Virus record (IMG/VR): IMGVR_UViG_2802429220_000004
DNA from: a virus
Taxonomy: Duplodnaviria > Heunggongvirae > Uroviricota > Caudoviricetes
Length of the DNA: 23,379 nucleotides
Direction: 5' to 3' (one strand)
This document shows, one piece after another, positions 18,790-23,379 of this stretch (position 1 is its first letter; each line of letters starts with the position of its first letter). A program made the position numbers and the translations under genes. Below the pieces are notes generated by a model. It did not search any database. It was not told where the DNA came from and saw only the letters and a program-made list of their open reading frames with translations.

Positions 18790-18810
18790 AAAAAAACCGC
18801 CGCAGCGGTC
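18790..18810 (-). terminator. Short hairpin plus U7 run between terL and the protease-capsid gene
   Basis: On the minus strand ACCGC-TGCG-GCGGT followed by TTTTTTTATTTT, then the AGGAGG SD. Confidence 0.4.
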
Positions 18811-18835
18811 CATGATGGTTACAGGGTGAACAGGG

Positions 18836-20497
18836 TTATATGAAAAAAACCGCATATTCTTTCTTTTTGGGCTCCGGATTCAGGGACATCAGGGATACCG
18901 CATTGAAAAGCGCCATCAGCGGGTCGATTTTCCCCCGTCCGCTGGCCTGTTTGGTAATAAGGATGGCGTTACCTCTGGGCTCCACCCGGGCATTGCCAAC
19001 GCACCAGGCCATCAGTGGCTGGCCACCATGCACCAGCACCCCTTCAGCCAGTTTGCGTTCGGTGGTTTTGATGGCCCCGCCCAGCTTCCAGCCCTGGCTT
19101 ATCCCCACAACAATTCCGTCGGGGATCCCGGCTTCCGCCAGTGAATCCAGAATCTGCCCCACACCTGACGGGTCAATACCGATATGATCCAGTAACTCAG
19201 CCTCATGAATACGACGCACATACTCCGCCACTTCCGCCGTGTCATCCCCGACCCGACGGACAATCGTCATGTCTCCACAGGCCACAAAATCCTGAAACCG
19301 GGATGCCTCACTCTTCCGTCGGACCACCGCGGTTTCATGCGCCCAGGCATGGCCCCAGCCTAACCATTCGCGGGTCTCCCGATCACGACCAATCACGTAC
19401 ATTCCCAGCAGATCATCCAGGCCCCCGCCGTCAATCCCCACCGTCACCACATCAGCGCGCTGCAGGATATCTTCCAGGCTGACGCGCCTGCCCTGCTGCT
19501 CCCAGAAATCCGCGCCCGCCCAGCGGTCAGAACGCAGGGCAAGGCCAATTTCCACATTGGCGTGTTTTGACATGAAGCCACGAAATGCTTCCTCACCAGC
19601 CTCCCGGGCTTTACGGTACTCCCGGTACAGAAAGGCCTCATCCACCGAATAGCCGAGATTCGGATTGACCATGGCGAGGTTTTCCATCAGCAAGTGAGCC
19701 CCGCTTTCCACCATTTCAGGAGGGTGTTCAAATATCACCGGCAGAAAGTGCGGATCATGAATTTTGCCGTCGCGCACATCCCGGGCGTACTGCAGTTTCT
19801 GTCTGAACACCCCGGCGGGCGGTTCATTCGACTGGGTGGTCGTATACACCACAAACCCTTCCGGGCGGGAGGCAAGGCCGCCTATGGCTTCACGTAACAT
19901 GTCCTCCGCCTTGCACTGCTTGCCAAACAGCCACAACTCATCAATCAGCGTACCCACGGACTTGATACCGGACACCGTATTCGGATCGGCTGCCACCACC
20001 TTCAGGGTGGTGTCTGTCACCCTGTGGGTGATGGTCCGGATATGGGTCTGTACCTGGCAGAGGTCATCCAGATCATCGTCCCGTCGTACCATATCCCTGG
20101 CAGGATTGAAGGCGTTGGCTGCCACCTCCACAGTCGGGGCCAGAATCGTGTAACCCGCCGCCTGCCGCCAGTTCAGTAACAGCGCCGTCATCATGATCCC
20201 GGCGGCCAGTGTGGACTTGCTGTTTTTTTTGGGTATCAGAATGAACACTTCCTTGATATGGCGGACACCGGTCTGCGCATCGTAGGAGCCAAACAGAGCC
20301 GCCACCAGGTCAAACACCCACTGTGCACAGGACTCACCGAACGTCGGGCTGCCCGGTGCATCCACAATCCGCAGTTGTTTAAAAATCGCCAGGGCATGTG
20401 CGGCCTGCTCCGGGTAAATCGGAGACGGAATAATCGACAGCCCCTTTTTCAGGCGCTCTGCCCAGTCCGGGCAGGCCGTGCTCCACACAGGTATCAT
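18836..20497 (-). CDS. terL: Terminase large subunit
   Basis: 553 aa; Walker-A-like …LIPKKNSKST…; acidic nuclease-domain residues; directly downstream of and overlapping the small subunit gene. Confidence 0.9.
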   Translation of the reverse strand: MIPVWSTACPDWAERLKKGLSIIPSPIYPEQAAHALAIFKQLRIVDAPGSPTFGESCAQWVFDLVAALFGSYDAQTGVRHIKEVFILIPKKNSKSTLAAGIMMTALLLNWRQAAGYTILAPTVEVAANAFNPARDMVRRDDDLDDLCQVQTHIRTITHRVTDTTLKVVAADPNTVSGIKSVGTLIDELWLFGKQCKAEDMLREAIGGLASRPEGFVVYTTTQSNEPPAGVFRQKLQYARDVRDGKIHDPHFLPVIFEHPPEMVESGAHLLMENLAMVNPNLGYSVDEAFLYREYRKAREAGEEAFRGFMSKHANVEIGLALRSDRWAGADFWEQQGRRVSLEDILQRADVVTVGIDGGGLDDLLGMYVIGRDRETREWLGWGHAWAHETAVVRRKSEASRFQDFVACGDMTIVRRVGDDTAEVAEYVRRIHEAELLDHIGIDPSGVGQILDSLAEAGIPDGIVVGISQGWKLGGAIKTTERKLAEGVLVHGGQPLMAWCVGNARVEPRGNAILITKQASGRGKIDPLMALFNAVSLMSLNPEPKKKEYAVFFI

Positions 20498-21057
20498 CCG
20501 TTGCCCTCATTATCATTATTCACCACCAGTCGGGGTGGTGGTGGCACCGCAAAACGGTTAGCCGCTTTTTTCGCCGCGTCACCTTTTGCCGATTTTTTAC
20601 CAGCATCGCCTTTTTTATAGTGTGTGAACTGCGCCAGTCGCCAGGCCGCATCCAGTGCCAGTTTCGGGTCAATTATCAGGTTTTCCACCAGGATCCTCCC
20701 CATTGCTTTTACCGGATCTGGAAGACCGTCTTCCATGTAATCAATACTAGGAGATATCACCACGGGCGGTGGCATCTCCGGATTTGTTTCGTCCTGCTGT
20801 GGTATTGCAGCCGCCTCACGGCGACGGGGTTTATCCTCCTGCTCTGATTTTTTCTGCCGGTAAACAGGAACCTCATCCACCTCCACCGTCTCGCCCTGTT
20901 TACGGGCTATAAACGCAAGCACCTCCGGATCTTTTGCCAGCTGCGAGCCTTTAACTCTGGCCGTCTTCGCCGAATAACCTGCCGCAATGGCTGACGCTGT
21001 TTTGTTTTTCCCGGACATGAGCGCCAGCGCAAATTTTCGTTTTTGCGTCGTCAGCAC
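20494..21057 (-). CDS. terS: Terminase small subunit
   Basis: Lys-rich N-terminus (possible helix-turn-helix), Pro/Lys-rich tail; GTG start at 21057 preceded by GGGAGGG (alternative ATG at 21018); 4-nt overlap with terL. Confidence 0.75.
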   Translation of the reverse strand: MLTTQKRKFALALMSGKNKTASAIAAGYSAKTARVKGSQLAKDPEVLAFIARKQGETVEVDEVPVYRQKKSEQEDKPRRREAAAIPQQDETNPEMPPPVVISPSIDYMEDGLPDPVKAMGRILVENLIIDPKLALDAAWRLAQFTHYKKGDAGKKSAKGDAAKKAANRFAVPPPPRLVVNNDNEGNG

Positions 21058-21348
21058 AGTGCCCTCCCGGGGTCAAAACTCTCTCAGCCGGGCATGCATC
21101 AGGCCGTTTTCCCACACCGCGCATACCCCGAATGTTAACTGCTGCCTGGTTAACATTTTCCGAAAAAGTCGGTTAACATTTTTTCCACGCAATAAACTGA
21201 ATTATAAAGATAAAAACAGAAAAAAGGCCGAACAGCCAGTTAACATGTTAACTGGCCTGAAACGGGAATTTTTTCTCTGCATGAGAGGGGGCGCGGTGTC
21301 CGGAGCGATCGTTTTTTTCGCCGGATGATCCCCCCCCCCCGGGGCGGG
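21058..21348. promoter_or_regulatory. Non-coding cos-like region between HNH and terS: GTTAAC-core repeats, 20-bp perfect palindrome, AT-rich core, C11 tract
   Basis: GTTAAC cores at 21134, 21149, 21172, 21239, 21247; palindrome CCAGTTAACATGTTAACTGG at 21236-21255; AT-rich stretch 21186-21235; C11 at 21330-21340. Confidence 0.5.
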
Positions 21349-21714
21349 TCACAGTCCGATGATATCGTCTGCCCTGCCATGACCTCCGGACACCTCCGGC
21401 AGCGTCGGGTCCGGCATACCACCCGCCGCTTCACGAGCAGACTTTTGTCGATGGCATTCGGTACAGAGCGTCCAGAGATTCGTCTCCTCATTACCACCAC
21501 CGAACTGAAGTGCAATTCGGTGATCGAGTTCACTGTCACAGAGGTCAACCACACGACCACAGAGACAGCACTGTCCGGCATCCCTCAGCCAGATATGACG
21601 CTTGAGGGAAACACGTGCACTGCCACTGACACGACGCTGTTCCCCCTTCAGAATATTCACCCGTCGGGTGTTCAGAGTTTTGATTCTGCTCTGGAGTGTA
21701 CGAAGCTCAGCCAT
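21349..21714 (-). CDS. HNH endonuclease (terminase-associated)
   Basis: …CCLCGRVVDLCDSELDHRIALQFGGGNEETNLWTLCTECHRQK… carries the HNH/zinc-finger signature; position directly upstream of the terminase genes. Confidence 0.85.
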   Translation of the reverse strand: MAELRTLQSRIKTLNTRRVNILKGEQRRVSGSARVSLKRHIWLRDAGQCCLCGRVVDLCDSELDHRIALQFGGGNEETNLWTLCTECHRQKSAREAAGGMPDPTLPEVSGGHGRADDIIGL

Positions 21715-21755
21715 GTAAAATCCCCGTCATATGGCAATCAGTAAAGGAAATAAAT

Positions 21756-21956
21756 ATGTCATCGAAAAACCGGACCCGCAGAACCACAACCCGCAATATC
21801 CGTTTCCCCAATCACATGATTGAACAGATCAACATCGCCCTTGAGCATAAAGGGTCCAGTAACTTTTCAGCGTGGGTTATTGAAGCCTGCAGGAGAAGGC
21901 TGGCAACAGATGCAACGCATCTGCGTACGGCCAGCATGACAAATAACGAGAAATGA
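21756..21956 (+). CDS. Arc-like ribbon-helix-helix DNA-binding protein (66 aa); the only credible plus-strand gene
   Basis: ATG at 21756 with AAGGAAAT SD; NIRFPNHMIEQINIALEHKGSSNFSAWVIEACRR aligns with P22 Arc NLRWPREVLDLVRKVAEENGRSVNSEIYQRVMES; AT-rich relative to flanks; lies in a gap not used by minus-strand genes. Confidence 0.65.
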   Translation: MSSKNRTRRTTTRNIRFPNHMIEQINIALEHKGSSNFSAWVIEACRRRLATDATHLRTASMTNNEK

Positions 21957-22148
21957 ACGTTCGGTTTCTTCCACCATCGTACCGGACAGGCGACTATGAG
22001 GGGACAACGCCGCGCTCCGTTAACGCGGTAAACCCCGGTGTGTATCGTTTTTGATTATCCCCGCACACTCGCGCAGAGGAGTCTCCCTGTCGGGCTGCGG
22101 TCTCTGTTAATGAGGGAATACAGCGACGATACGGCGCATCAGCAAAAC

Positions 22149-22616
22149 TTAGTTCAGGCACTGAGTGCGGATATAGTCCTGTGCCCCTTCCAGTTGCTTC
22201 TGCATCGTCATCAGCCGCTCTCTGAGGGTGAAATAATCCCGTGTAACGGTGTCTGCCAGTTGGGGGCCGGTTGCATTATCCACGCGGGCGGTGCCGGTGG
22301 CTTCACGCACGGTACCGGGACAGTTGGCGTTGATGCGCAGGCGCTTACGACCAGCGGCAACATCAGCGCGCAGAGTTTCATTTTCAGCTCTCGCATCGGC
22401 TAATTCCCTCGAGTATCTGGCATCAAGTGCAGCAACATCACGCTGGCGCTGCTGCATATCAGTAATGGTTGCATTCGCCTGTTCCAGCTCTCTGGCTTTT
22501 TTATCGCGCTGCGCTTTGTAGGTGAGCGCGTTGTCACGGTAATGGTTTGTTGCCAGCCACAGCGCACCACAGCCAACCGCCAGGACAATAATCACCACAC
22601 ACAGAACACGGTTCAT
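22149..22616 (-). CDS. Rz: Rz inner-membrane spanin
   Basis: Close match to lambda Rz (N-terminal TM, …[43 protein letters not shown]…TMQKQLEG…). Confidence 0.9.
   Translation of the reverse strand: MNRVLCVVIIVLAVGCGALWLATNHYRDNALTYKAQRDKKARELEQANATITDMQQRQRDVAALDARYSRELADARAENETLRADVAAGRKRLRINANCPGTVREATGTARVDNATGPQLADTVTRDYFTLRERLMTMQKQLEGAQDYIRTQCLN
22211..22396 (-). CDS. Rz1: Rz1 outer-membrane lipoprotein spanin, embedded in the +1 frame of Rz
   Basis: [20 protein letters not shown]… with lipobox Cys; Pro-rich mature part …[30 protein letters not shown] matches lambda Rz1; GAGGGAA SD. Confidence 0.8.
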   Translation of the reverse strand: MRELKMKLCALMLPLVVSACASTPTVPVPCVKPPAPPAWIMQPAPNWQTPLHGIISPSESG

Positions 22617-22623
22617 CTCTCTT

Positions 22624-22758
22624 TCACCCCACCAGTCCCGATAACGTCAGGACTCGCCAGGCGGTGGAAAAGAAAATGGCAACCAGCATGACTAAAAATG
22701 AAATGCCGACAAGTACACAGAGGCTCTTCACCAGCGTTATGAGTTTATCTGATATCAT
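22624..22758 (-). CDS. Unannotated small single-TM membrane protein (44 aa) between the Ant-like gene and Rz
   Basis: ATG at 22758 is 11 nt after the upstream stop with a GGGGTGG SD-like element; its stop is 7 nt before the Rz ATG; product [44 protein letters not shown]; below the ORF-track length cut-off. Confidence 0.4.
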   Translation of the reverse strand: MISDKLITLVKSLCVLVGISFLVMLVAIFFSTAWRVLTLSGLVG

Positions 22759-22769
22759 TAGCCACCCCA

Positions 22770-23264
22770 TCAATCCGCCTTTGTTATTTTCCCTTTGCCT
22801 GTATCAGCCAGGACAAAATCAATCAGCATATTCGCTTCATTTACCAGCGTACGGATTTTTGATACATGCGCGGCTTTAACCTGTTTCCACTCATTCAGCC
22901 CGGTAGCAAACACACTGGCAATATTTTTATCCCGTTTCATGTCAGCACAAGCCTGGTTGAGTTCTTCCATCACGCTCATTTTACGGGGATTAACGACAAA
23001 ACCCTTCGTCCAGTACTCGTAAAGAACATCGTCGCACTCTTCCTGATACCGGATGACCTTATCGCGGATTTCGGGTTTTACTTTGTTGGGATTAATGGTT
23101 TGTAGCCAGCCGGCAAGTTTTCGAAGTGGCATGGACACCATATTGCGTTGTTTCCCATCCTCAGCAACCATAACGATTTCCGTTATAGTTGACGCAAAAC
23201 GCTGTCTTAACTTAGCCAACTGTGATTGCCAGGCCAGCCCCATCCCCGCAACGACAGGTTTCAT
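22770..23264 (-). CDS. Phage protein, possibly antirepressor-like (Ant/KilAC-like); function uncertain
   Basis: 164-aa ORF immediately upstream of the small ORF and Rz; assignment is from recalled gene order in Stx-type lambdoid phages, not a motif match; weak SD at the 23264 ATG. Confidence 0.5.
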   Translation of the reverse strand: MKPVVAGMGLAWQSQLAKLRQRFASTITEIVMVAEDGKQRNMVSMPLRKLAGWLQTINPNKVKPEIRDKVIRYQEECDDVLYEYWTKGFVVNPRKMSVMEELNQACADMKRDKNIASVFATGLNEWKQVKAAHVSKIRTLVNEANMLIDFVLADTGKGKITKAD

Positions 23265-23379
23265 GGGAACGTATGGTTCGCCATTATGGTTAACTACATA
23301 AAGAGAGTTGCCGTGAAACGTAAGCGACTCGTCAGAACCGTATTGATATTTACTGAGAGCTCAGATCAACTTTCCAGGG

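Larger units (their letters stand above)
1..23379 (-). mobile_element. Lambdoid prophage late region (lysis, packaging, HK97-type head, lambda-type tail, tail-fiber morons), transcribed leftward
   Basis: Contiguous minus-strand genes with tight spacing or overlapping stop/start codons; products recognisable by similarity to lambda Rz/Rz1, J, I, K, L, M, H and HK97-type terminase, portal and protease-capsid proteins (recalled sequences, not searched). Confidence 0.9.

Noticed and set aside
22038-22403. 121-aa plus-strand ORF
   Set aside because: Mostly antisense to Rz/Rz1, which are strongly supported by similarity to lambda.
22664-22879. 71-aa plus-strand ORF (GTG start)
   Set aside because: Overlaps in antisense the tightly packed small ORF and the Ant-like gene; the minus-strand 44-aa ORF has better start context and operon packing.
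1-23379. tRNA or rRNA genes, integrase/att sites, IS elements
   Set aside because: By eye I found no cloverleaf-compatible segments, no recombinase-like ORFs and no terminal inverted repeats. The window appears to be internal to the prophage. This cannot be fully excluded without running tRNA and IS search tools.

Overview
The window is almost entirely one leftward-transcribed (minus-strand) late operon of a lambdoid prophage/phage: a partial Ant-like gene, Rz/Rz1 spanins, an HNH endonuclease, a cos-like non-coding region, small and large terminase subunits, a prohead protease-major capsid fusion, an HK97-family portal, head-tail connector genes, and a lambda-type tail module (U-like, major tail, G/T chaperone with -1 frameshift, tape measure H, M, L, K, I, J), followed by a lom moron, a collagen-repeat side tail fiber and a truncated downstream gene. 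All calls are from reading the sequence and recalling reference phage proteins (lambda J, I, L, M, H, Rz, Rz1, Stf; HK97-type head proteins; P22 Arc); no database search was run. I did not find a large multi-gene novel system. The most interesting items are accessory or regulatory: the only plus-strand gene is an AT-rich Arc-like ribbon-helix-helix ORF between HNH and Rz; an unannotated 44-codon single-TM ORF sits between the Ant-like gene and Rz; the terS-HNH spacer carries a GTTAAC-core repeat family with a 20-bp perfect palindrome and a C11 tract; a 353-aa head-module protein carries 162-bp tandem repeats and a possible carbohydrate-binding C-terminus; and the I-J spacer is an AT-rich non-coding island with convergent terminator-like hairpins. 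Most plus-strand ORFs in the supplied track are antisense artefacts of GC-rich coding sequence.
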